Positions 11,094 through 19,851 are shown, counted from the stretch's first letter. The stretch: DNA of 64,000 nucleotides from an uncultured delta proteobacterium (GCA_963733195.1 CAVTCR010000026.1:56046-120045); one strand, 5' to 3'. A program made the numbers and translations. Notes: a model not told the origin generated them from the letters alone.

Positions 11094-11519
11094 TTAGTCG
11101 CGGCCATAAGCCACACCTGATCGTTCACAGCGGGGAATTCGTGCAGTATCCTCAACCATGCGGAACAGAGGCGACTCTTGCGGAACGGTCGTCCCACGGA
11201 GCACAGCGACCGGCGTCACGCGGACGAGCGCATGGAAAAAGGGCGGCTCCCCCAGGCTCATGCCCACTGGGAGGACGTCCGTCAGGCGGCCGGTAAAGAC
11301 CAACGGCGATTGCGTGAATACATTGGTGCTCGTCATCTCCATCGTCGTCATACGTTGCTCCGGTAGTGAGGGGGGCGCGAACATACTGCAATCACCGGGT
11401 TTGCTCTCCGAGCCAGGTTCCCCACCGGACGCAAGTAGAGCACGGAGGCAGGAGGAGATGGCCCGCGCTGAGTCCACAGCGTCTACGAGCACAACGCTGG
11501 TCTGACCATGAAGGGTCAT
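11094..11519 (-). CDS. Hypothetical protein or remnant
   Basis: ORF with a protein-like central segment (SPLVFTGRLTDV...VTPVAVLRG); no family recognised. Confidence 0.25.
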   Translation of the reverse strand: MTLHGQTSVVLVDAVDSARAISSCLRALLASGGEPGSESKPGDCSMFAPPSLPEQRMTTMEMTSTNVFTQSPLVFTGRLTDVLPVGMSLGEPPFFHALVRVTPVAVLRGTTVPQESPLFRMVEDTARIPRCERSGVAYGRD

Positions 11520-11660
11520 ATGATGGAATAGAGCCGAGATACGAGAGACAGTTGAACCCTCAGCTCGGGGTTAACAGAGATTCAGCGATGGCCTCAGACC
11601 CCTAGACTCTTAGACTCTTCTTCCCATTTCCCCATTTATCCTTTCCCCTCTGCTACACCC

Positions 11661-11690
11661 TTGACAGCAGACGGTCTCTAATCGCATAAA
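11661..11690 (+). promoter_or_regulatory. Possible sigma70 promoter of the CuMMO operon
   Basis: Perfect TTGACA at 11661; only a weak -10 (cataaa) 18 bp downstream. Confidence 0.3.
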
Positions 11691-11779
11691 GGGCATGCAA
11701 TTATAGTTGGTTAGGCGAGTTTTTACTGTGGAGTCCGAGTCATTTGGATGTGCATGGCAAGCTTTAGATTATTCTATTC

Positions 11780-12355
11780 ATGATGACAATGATCGTTGGT
11801 TTGATAATGGGTTCGACAGCTTGGGCACATCGCGATCGAGGACCTGATGATCCATGTCGAAAGCAGATAGGAGATTCGCTATTGCACATCACACTCTACC
11901 AACCGCACTTTGATCCTGATGCTGAGTATTGCGAAGAGGTTCCGCGTGCAGGGAGGACAGTGGTGGTAGTAGATGTGACTGCTGGTGAATTGCGGCAAGT
12001 TCCAATCAGTGTGGAAATGGTAGCTCAGTAGTGAATCTGGGCAGTCGCGTTCGGTGTCTGTCGCTTCCGGCAAAGATATTGGATCGAGGGATGGTAGATT
12101 CTGAAGTGGTTTTGGACGAGGGCAACAATTACGTTGCTGAGGTTGTGGTTGACCTGGGGGCCGGAAAGGAACCGCAGAAATTTTCCTTTCCTATTCAAGT
12201 GGATCCATGGTATACCGCAATGGTGAAACCGGCATTGATGGTTCGTTGGGTTGCTCCTAGTAACGGTAATTTCGGTGATTCGTTATCAGATGAGTTCTCG
12301 ACAGCAGGAAGAGATGTCAGTAGGCAAAAGAAGGGTACGCCGAGTAGCAAATTAA
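11780..12355 (+). CDS. pmoD: PmoD/AmoD-family periplasmic copper protein with C-terminal TM helix (two frameshifts, ~12030 and ~12243)
   Basis: Signal peptide AWA|H; DDPC...HITLYQP...EYCEEVP.AG..VVVVD...ELR matches the PmoD/AmoD pattern; TM VGLLLVTVISVI and stop 12355 sit just before the RBS of subunit C. Confidence 0.75.
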
Positions 12356-12367
12356 GGAGGGTTCTAT

Positions 12368-13225
12368 ATGGCACAGTCACAAGTGGTGCGGCAGACGCCA
12401 CGAGAAAATGGCCACAGTACAACCACGACTGGGTATTCCGCCAAACCGACAGGCTGGATGGTTGGGTGGAAGTCGTTGTTTGTCAGCTGCGCGATCATTA
12501 TGGCAGCGAACGTGTTCCTCTGGTTCTGGAATTACGCCTATATGTTCACGGCCGGGTTGAACTCGGCGAGTCCAGAGTTCACCTATTATTACCGGTCGCT
12601 CTTTTGGGGCGAGGTCATCACGTTAGGCTTGTTTACCGGTATATGGTTTGGCTGGTTGATTAGAACAGGCCGTGAGATGGTCGGGCAACCGTGCGAGCGT
12701 GCGGAAGAGGTGCGACGAATCGCGGTTCTCTGGAGCTTGATTGGCGCTACGAGCCTCTGCGTGTATCTGATGGCTAGCTTCTGGCCGAACTGGGACGGAT
12801 CATGGCATCAGACAATGGTGCGCGATACTGCGCTTACCCCGACGCACATCCCGATGTTCTACTTCTTCTTCCCGTTGTCGGTAACTTTGGCTTTAGGCTC
12901 ATACATCTACGGACGTTTTCGTATTCCCGCGTTATATGCCAAAGAGAAGGGATTTCCGTGGTCGTTCTTCCTGTTGATTAGTGCTGCGGTGCTGGAATGC
13001 ATGACGGTTGCTGCCAATGAGTGGGGGCACAGCCTGTGGATTTCTGAAGAGATTTTCTCGGTCCCCTTCCACTGGCCGTTCGTTGTGTACGGCTGGCTAG
13101 CTAGCGGTATGTTTGCGGTGTGGGGCGAGACGATCATCCGCTTGTTCGAGATTGAAAAGGCTGAAGAAGCCGCGACCTCAGGGACGTCAGGCGCGTCGTT
13201 GCGTCAGCAGGCGGTCACAGACTAA
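12368..13225 (+). CDS. pmoC: CuMMO (pMMO/AMO family) subunit C, divergent; substrate unknown
   Basis: DGSWHQTMVRDTALTPTH (D-x3-H-x12-H) and NEWGHSLWISEEIFSVPFH motifs; RBS aaggagg. Confidence 0.95.
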   Translation: MAQSQVVRQTPRENGHSTTTTGYSAKPTGWMVGWKSLFVSCAIIMAANVFLWFWNYAYMFTAGLNSASPEFTYYYRSLFWGEVITLGLFTGIWFGWLIRTGREMVGQPCERAEEVRRIAVLWSLIGATSLCVYLMASFWPNWDGSWHQTMVRDTALTPTHIPMFYFFFPLSVTLALGSYIYGRFRIPALYAKEKGFPWSFFLLISAAVLECMTVAANEWGHSLWISEEIFSVPFHWPFVVYGWLASGMFAVWGETIIRLFEIEKAEEAATSGTSGASLRQQAVTD

Positions 13226-13335
13226 GGATAATGAAGAATGTGGAATGGAGAATGAAAAATTCAGAGCGAAACGTTCTGAACTCTTCGTTCGTTTTGTATT
13301 TTTCACATTCTTAATTCTTCATTCTTAATTTTTAA
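13226..13335. repeat. Inverted pair of ~7-nt-period tandem repeats between subunit C and subunit A genes
   Basis: aatgaagaatgtggaatggagaatgaaaaat ... atttttcacattcttaattcttcattcttaatt. Confidence 0.7.
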
Positions 13336-13356
13336 TTAGACAGAGAGGATCGCCTC

Positions 13357-14161
13357 ATGGCAGCAGGGACAACAACAGTAACTGACATTGCCGATGCCGC
13401 CGAACGGCAAAAACGGCTGGAACTCAAAGCACTCCTGAACAAGGAGTACAAGTGGATTGATCGCAGCTGGGATATCGTCTTCTGGGTAACGGCGATTTTC
13501 GTGGTCGCCGGTGCAGCGGATATCACGAAGCAGTTGTTCGCCGGTGACTGGGACTTCTGGACAGATTGGAAAGATCCCCAGTGGTGGCCGGTGGTTACCG
13601 CTTTTGCCACCATCATCATTCCCTCTGCTCTGCAATATATCCAATGGGCAGCGTGGCGCTTCCCGACAGGTGCGACATATACATCCTGTTGTTTCTTTCT
13701 TGCAGCCTGGGTTGGACGCTACTTTAATTGGCACATTGCAGAAGCCTATCCGATGAACTTCGTGTGGCCTATTTCCACGATATGCGCAGGGATCATTCTC
13801 GACTTCACGTTGATGAAGACAAAAAGTTTCCTCATCACGTCTTTTGTCGGTGCGCATCTCTGGGCAGTGCTTAGTGTGGGCGTACAATTATGTTCCGCTA
13901 GCTCCCTTTCTACAGCCTGCGATGTTCATGGACCATGTTTTGACGCTCGCTGACGTCCAAGGCATCGTCTACATTCGATCGCAGACGCCAGAGTATCTGC
14001 GACTCATTGAGCGTGGCGCATTGCGAAGTTTTCTGGGTGAGACTCAGTACGTTTCGTTAGCCTTTGCTGGGACTGCGGCTTTCGCTGGATACTGGATTGG
14101 CCAGTTCATTGGTCGGTATCTCGCTGTGTGGCCGATCCGACGATACCTGAAGACTCTCTAA
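13357..14161 (+). CDS. pmoA: CuMMO subunit A, divergent (one extra base near 13870)
   Basis: GDWDFWTDWKD, P.GAT, W..RYF, YPMNFVWP, ADVQG..Y.R..TPEYLRLIERGALR motifs. Confidence 0.94.
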
Positions 14162-14176
14162 GAACATAAAGTACGC

Positions 14177-14431
14177 ATGGGGAAACGGATGAAAACCCGA
14201 CTGGCCGTACCATCTCGACACACCTGGCTGATACATGTGACCATGTTGGCCTGCATGTTCGTGCTGCCTGCACTAGCACACGCACACGGTGGGATGGGAC
14301 CTGATGAAATTGGCCCACCTATTGGCACCGCAGGGTTGATCGGTTTTGCCAGCTATTGGGTGGTGATGCTGTGGCCTTCAAGAAAGAAGAAAGATGAGCT
14401 CACAGACTGGACCCAACAGTCAACACCCTGA
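14177..14431 (+). CDS. Small exported/membrane protein 'x' between subunits A and B (may extend to ~14533 through indels)
   Basis: Signal peptide ending AHA|HGGMG, a TM helix (GLIGFASYWVVMLW), then a basic stop-transfer RKKK. Confidence 0.7.
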   Translation: MGKRMKTRLAVPSRHTWLIHVTMLACMFVLPALAHAHGGMGPDEIGPPIGTAGLIGFASYWVVMLWPSRKKKDELTDWTQQSTP

Positions 14432-14562
14432 CGCTGCAGCGAATGACCTGGACGCCCACGCAAGAGAAAGAACCCTCGTGTGAAGCGGATTCCGCATCTG
14501 CGTAAGGTCGAGGCGGGCGCGACAGATTTCTAGCGACCAGCCCGCGAGGAGGAAAGCGAGCG

Positions 14563-15811
14563 ATGGATAGGAAGCTTTTGACAATCCTCATGACACTGGC
14601 TCTTGTGGTAACAGTCAGTGTCTCGAAAGTATTCGCTCATGGGGAAGCTGGTGACGAACCGTTCCTTAAGAACATGACCACTGCGTTTTATGACGTATCG
14701 GTCTCACCTACGGAAATCGAGGTCGGTCAACCAGTAACAGTAACGGGAACAGTCAAAATTCTCGAGACTTGGCCGCACACACTTGAGGCACCCGAGCTTG
14801 CTGCGATCGTTCCCGTAGTTCCGGGGCCTGTATTCGTCATGAAAGACCGGACTATCAATGACCAAGCCTCGGTAGGTTCGTTTTTTGCCGAGAAGGGTGG
14901 GATTTATCAGTTTAAGATGACACTCCTCGGCAAAGAGCCTGGAAAATGGCATGTCCATCCAGGGATCGCGATCAGTGGAACCGGAACGCTGGTTGGGCCT
15001 GGTGAATGGGTCAACGTGAAAGCCAGCGCGACGAAATTTGAGTTTCCTGTGACAGTTGCTCAATGGGCAGACAGTTGAACTCAACACCTACGGTGGCCAG
15101 TTCGTGTGGTGGTGGTCGTTCGCCGGATTTCTCCTTGGGATGGCGTGGATGGTGTACTGGACATTCACGAAACGAACAGTGACAAACCTTGCGGTGACGA
15201 TGCAACTTCCGGTGAACGATGACGGACCTGACATTGGTCTCATCACGCCACGTGACCACATGTGGATGAATGTCATCGCTGGCCTGACCATAGCGCTCCT
15301 GATCGTTGGCTGGACCTACTCAGCAACCCAATATCCAGTGCGATGGCCGCAGCAGACCGACTGGATTACCCCGCGTCACATTTCCTCGGGAGACAAGATG
15401 GCCGAGGTACATGCAGGCGGAGCCACCTACGATGACGGAACCGATACGTTAGTGATGAAGCTCCAAGTCAAGAACACTACAGCCAGCGCGCTTACTCTTA
15501 ACCGTGTTGTTATCGGGATGGCGACATTCGTGCCGGGCGGGGAAGCGGAACAGGCGAAAGCTGGACCGCGCGATTTCGTCGGACCGCTCGAAGTGGAACC
15601 AAAAGGTGAGATTGCTCCGGGTGAGACGAAAGATCTGACATTGACGATCGCGAGCAAGATTTTCAGTACGGCACGATTGATCCCGCTGAATGATCCGCAG
15701 CAGTTTGTTGCGGCGCTCTTACGCTTTGAGAACGCCCAAGGCGGTCAGCAGTTAGTGACAGTGCGTTCGGGCGTCGTGCCGACCCAGTTCCGTGGACAGT
15801 TCTTGCCATAA
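14563..15811 (+). CDS. pmoB: CuMMO subunit B, divergent (one extra base near 15055)
   Basis: Signal peptide VFA|HGE, GKWHVHP, GPGEW, two TM helices and second cupredoxin domain with IAPGETK; RBS gaggagg. Confidence 0.94.
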
Positions 15812-15921
15812 TCTTGCGAAGGTGGGGAGAAAATCCCCACCTCGTCAAGCTGCCAAGAGTAAACAGCGCTTCATTTTTCCTTACTTTCTCTGCTTTCCCC
15901 TTAGCCTTTAGCCTATTTCCC

Positions 15922-16395
15922 TTAATATCCGGTTGTGACCTCAACCAAAATGTCATCTGGGTCTCGCACGTAGACCGACCCTGCGGTTTCTGTGCCATGC
16001 AAAGAATACGGTACGTGCTTTTCCTTAAGTGTCGTCAGGATCGCAGAGAATTTTTCTGAAGTGGCCTTGAGCGCGACATGATGCATACTGCCGACGCCTC
16101 GGACCGTTCGTGCCGGCCCTTTCTCGGGGAAATCGAAAAACGCTAACTGGTTGCCACCGCCCATATCGAGAAAGATATGGGTAGACGTGGGTTCGTCACG
16201 GTTCGCCATAATCTTGCTGAGGCGCATGCCGAGGACCTCAGTGTAGAAACGGATAGTCGTATCAAGGTCTGAACAAATCAGCGCGAGATGATCGACCCCG
16301 CCAGTGTTGACAGCTTGAGGCGTTCCCTCGTCGGTGGATAGATAGCGTTGTTTGAGTTCTTCACGACGGGCCTGGTACATACTCAGGTCTGACAT
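15922..16395 (-). CDS. VOC (glyoxalase/dioxygenase) family protein
   Basis: GVDHLAL..FYTEVLG, HHVAL, YVRDPDDILVEV motifs. Confidence 0.88.
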   Translation of the reverse strand: MSDLSMYQARREELKQRYLSTDEGTPQAVNTGGVDHLALICSDLDTTIRFYTEVLGMRLSKIMANRDEPTSTHIFLDMGGGNQLAFFDFPEKGPARTVRGVGSMHHVALKATSEKFSAILTTLKEKHVPYSLHGTETAGSVYVRDPDDILVEVTTGY

Positions 16396-16681
16396 AGCAT
16401 TCTCCTACTGTTGCTTCACTCGCTACGGGTCTGATGCCCGAAGCTTGCTGCGAGGTTCTTCACTATTCCTCGCTCTTTTTTTGTTTGTCAACTGCAGATA
16501 GATACTGGCTGACCTCCGCGGTAGACTTTCATTCCGAGTTGCGGCTGCGGCCTCAGATCTGGAACGGCTCGATTGTGACCCTCTGTCCGCCCCAACCTTA
16601 AACGCTGCCTCATGAGGTTCTGCTGCAGCACCTGGCAATGCAAACTTGCCCTGTTGCGCAAGTCAGGATAAACCTCCCCCG

Positions 16682-18450
16682 ATGTTTATTCGTCGTGTTT
16701 TGACATTCATACTTTTTATGGTGATGTTGATGGCTGCTGTGCTGCTCGTGCCAGCTGCATGGCTTCCGCAATCGTGGCAATCTTATTACGCCGCATGGTT
16801 TGGTGAACCCTCGTACGAGGCTCCGCCCAGCAGCCAAAAAGTCGCCATTCCTCCAGCTGAACCATTTTGCCCGGACCTGCATCCTGAGTGGCGCAAAGCG
16901 CAGGAGATCGACGGTGTGACGATTGACGAGTCACTTGCTTGTTCTCCTGATAATCCGTGGGCCATTGCTGCGTTTGTCAAAGGGACGAACAACGTGTCGA
17001 TGGACACGTTGATGAAATCTGGCTTAGCGACCGATGCGGTCGTGATGGGCGAAGATAAAGATGGCGATGGTGATCCTGATGTCGTCACCATCAAGCTAGA
17101 AGTTGCGGAATTCAACGGACGCTCGCCCGATATGTCTGAAGTCATTCCTGCGTTTTTATCGCTCCGGGTATTCAACCGGGATTGTGGGTGTTTGCGCCAA
17201 AGATTGCCGGGATGGCAACAAAGAATGCAGAGACAGTAGAAGCGAACGAATTCCTACGTGCGCCGTCGCCGGTGATCCGCGTTGAACAAGGTGACACCGT
17301 GCAAGTGATTCTTGAAAATACGCACTATTTTCCGCATACGATACATTTTCATGGGGTCGATCATCCTTATTCACATCATGAAGGCCATGGCAACGACGGA
17401 GTACCAGAAGCAAATGAACTGCCTGTGATGCCTGGCGAGAGCCGTGCGTATGAATTTTCGCAAATGGCTCAGTCAGCGATGCATACTGGACATGGGGAAG
17501 TCGATCCCGGCAGACGTCGCACGTTCGAGATGGCACCACGGCATCCAGGGACGATGTTCTATCATTGTCACGTGCAACCGCAGCATCATATTCACATGGG
17601 GTTACAGGGGATGTTTGTGGTCGAGGAGAATCGCCCGAACAATTGGGTGCAGACGTTAAATATTGGTGCCGGTCACGTCCGTCATCCTTCCGTGGCGGTG
17701 CGCGAGAAATATGTGCGTGAGTATGATCTCCATTTTCAGGATATCGATAGTCAACTGAATGATCTGATCAAAAGTACGAACGACCCGCGGGTGTTAGAGA
17801 AGCGGATGAATCGGCAGTATAACATCACAAAGCGTAGCGCCAATTACTTTCTGCTCAATGGGAAATCTTTTCCATATACATTTCGTGATTCGTTGGTAGT
17901 CGTCGAACCGAACGAGAAAGTAAAATTGCGCGTGCTCGCTGGTGGTGAGGAAGGGCTATCGCTTCACCCCCATGGCCATAAAGTAAAAATCACGCACTAT
18001 GATGGCGTGGAGCACAATCCTGTAGCGCAAATTACGCGCGACGTTGTGTGGCTCAGCATGGCCCAGCGGGTGGACTTAGAACTCAACACCACGAATGACG
18101 GTTTACATGGCACTGGCGATGGTGTGTGGTTTCTTCACGACCACAAAGAGCGTGCGTTTACAACTGACGGAATGCATCCTGGTGGCAGTGCTACTGCGAT
18201 CGTGTATCGATCCTATCTTGATGAACGTGGCTGGCCAAAACTGCAAGGCGTCGATTGGTCATTGTTCTTTACTCCACAGTATTATCGGCGTGAGATTCCA
18301 GTGTGGACAACCTATGATCCGACCGGCATGTTTGGCGAACCCGGCCCTGCGACCTCGCGTCTCGGACGGTTTATCTTGCTTGGTTTTGTTGTCGGCGCGC
18401 TCCTGGGATGTTTGACTGTCTTGCTACTATCATTGCGAAAACGTGCGTAA
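16682..18450 (+). CDS. Membrane-anchored two-domain multicopper oxidase (frameshift near 17155)
   Basis: HTIHFHG, YHCHVQPQHHIHMG, LHPHGH and FLHDH motifs; N- and C-terminal TM helices; DKDGDGD loop. Confidence 0.87.
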
Positions 18451-19168
18451 GGCGGACGTGATGTGGTTCATAGTGCTGCTGTTCTTTGCTCTTTTTGTTC
18501 CATCGCGAACTATAGAGGCGCAACCTGCGACGGAGAACCTCACTCCGGCAGACTCAGGCCATGCTCACCACCAACACCAGGCTGCCTCTCATGAACACCA
18601 CGGCATGCAGATGGACATGGGTGGCATGGTGATGAATGAGAATCATGACCAACTGCCGCGGGACTGTGGCAGGATTGCTGGAGAACAAAAAATTACAGTC
18701 CATGCTGGCAGGAAGTACGCGCAGCAGTTCAACGGCACGATGTTCGCGTACGATCAGCACGAATGGGATGTTGCTCCGTGCACGAAAGTGACTGTGACGT
18801 TGGAGAATGAAGATACTGTGCGTCATCAATGGATGCTGCACGGATTGCCACGCTATCTTCATGCCGAGGGCATGTTTCATCTCGAAGTCAACGGACGAGG
18901 GAGTAAGAGTGGAACGTTTATCACACCGGGTGCGAAGAAAACCTACCTTGTTCACTGTGATGTTGCCCAACACATGGAAAAAGGCATGAAGGCCCAGCTG
19001 AAAGTTGGCGGAGGCGATGGTAATCTGCCAAGTATTCCTGGTATTACCGGGGCTCGTTACCCAGAAACATATTCGGGTGCACGAGTTGGATGGGGTACGT
19101 GGATAATTCTTCTTCTGTGTCTGTTTAGTGCTGCTTTGACTGTACGTGGGTTGAGACGGTGGGAATAA
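18443..19168 (+). CDS. Cupredoxin-domain (type 1 Cu) protein with His/Met-rich linker and C-terminal TM
   Basis: Signal peptide, GHAHHQH..HEHHGMQMDMGGM, HQW...HCDVAQHMEKGM; overlaps the MCO stop. Confidence 0.82.
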   Translation: MRKADVMWFIVLLFFALFVPSRTIEAQPATENLTPADSGHAHHQHQAASHEHHGMQMDMGGMVMNENHDQLPRDCGRIAGEQKITVHAGRKYAQQFNGTMFAYDQHEWDVAPCTKVTVTLENEDTVRHQWMLHGLPRYLHAEGMFHLEVNGRGSKSGTFITPGAKKTYLVHCDVAQHMEKGMKAQLKVGGGDGNLPSIPGITGARYPETYSGARVGWGTWIILLLCLFSAALTVRGLRRWE

Positions 19169-19170
19169 AG

Positions 19171-19200
19171 CGTAGGGGCGACCGGCCGGTCGCCCCTACG
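19171..19200. repeat. REP palindrome (perfect, 30 bp) upstream of the RAYT
   Basis: cgtaggggcgaccgg|ccggtcgcccctacg. Confidence 0.9.
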
Positions 19201-19216
19201 AAGGAGATGAGGGTGA

Positions 19217-19837
19217 TTGAAAAGATTTGAGAAACATAATCGTCGGTCTGTACGACTGTCTGGGTACGATTATAATCAGCCAGGAATGTATTTTGTCACA
19301 ATCTGTACCGTGAATTGCGAGTTGTTGTTTGGGGAGGTCGTGGGAGGGAAGATGGTAATGAGCGAGTGGGGAGGGGAGGTAAACGCATGTTGGCAAGCGA
19401 TAAACGCCCATTTCCGACACGTAGAATTGGATGAATTCCAGATCATGCCGAATCACCTACACGGGATATTAACCATTGCCCAGAGGTATGAGGAGGCTCC
19501 CTCGGTCGTAGGGGCGCAGCATGCTGCGCCCCTACAGCGAAATGTGATCTCTCCAAATGTCCATCCGGGCTCACTAGCGGCGATCGTCCGCTCCTTCAAA
19601 TCCGCGGTTTCTGCACACGTCAACCTCCTACGTCAAACCCCTGGTACCCCCGTTTGGCAACGCAACTACCACGAACACGTCGTTCGCGACGAAAACGATC
19701 TTCATCGAATTCGTGAGTACATCCAAACGAATCCCTTGCGCTGGGAACTGGATCGTGAGAACCCCAAGCGGCGAGGTGAAGATGAATTCGACAAATGGTT
19801 TGAGGGAACCACACAGCAAAAGAAGAATCGTCCGTAG
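19217..19837 (+). mobile_element. REP-associated tyrosine transposase (RAYT, Y1/HUH family)
   Basis: RRSVRL.GYDY...G.YFVTICT, IMPNHLHGI (HUH) and WQRNYHEHVVR...IREYI..NP..W motifs. Confidence 0.92.
19508..19535. repeat. REP palindrome (perfect, 28 bp) inside the RAYT coding sequence
   Basis: gtaggggcgcagca|tgctgcgcccctac, read as VGAQHAAPL. Confidence 0.88.
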
Positions 19838-19851
19838 CGTGCGTCGTTACC

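Noticed and set aside
12031-12663. 210-aa ORF as an independent gene
   Set aside because: The first ~70 codons are the middle of the frameshifted pmoD. The rest is an off-frame overlap with subunit C.
11780-15811. Calling the operon a methane or ammonia monooxygenase
   Set aside because: Only family-level motifs are supported. The specificity residue is Ala, and there is no hao or methanol dehydrogenase in the window. The pmo symbols are used only as family labels.
13357-15811. CuMMO subunits A and B as pseudogenes or programmed frameshifts
   Set aside because: Each is repaired by removing one base, all metal ligands are intact, no slippery sequence is evident, and the same error pattern hits neighbouring unrelated genes.
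16423-16638. Small ORF between the VOC and MCO genes
   Set aside because: No motif or RBS; more likely a divergent promoter region.
19217-19837. IS200/IS605 insertion sequence mobilising the CuMMO region
   Set aside because: The motifs and flanking GTAG palindromes fit a RAYT. There is no tnpB or second boundary copy.
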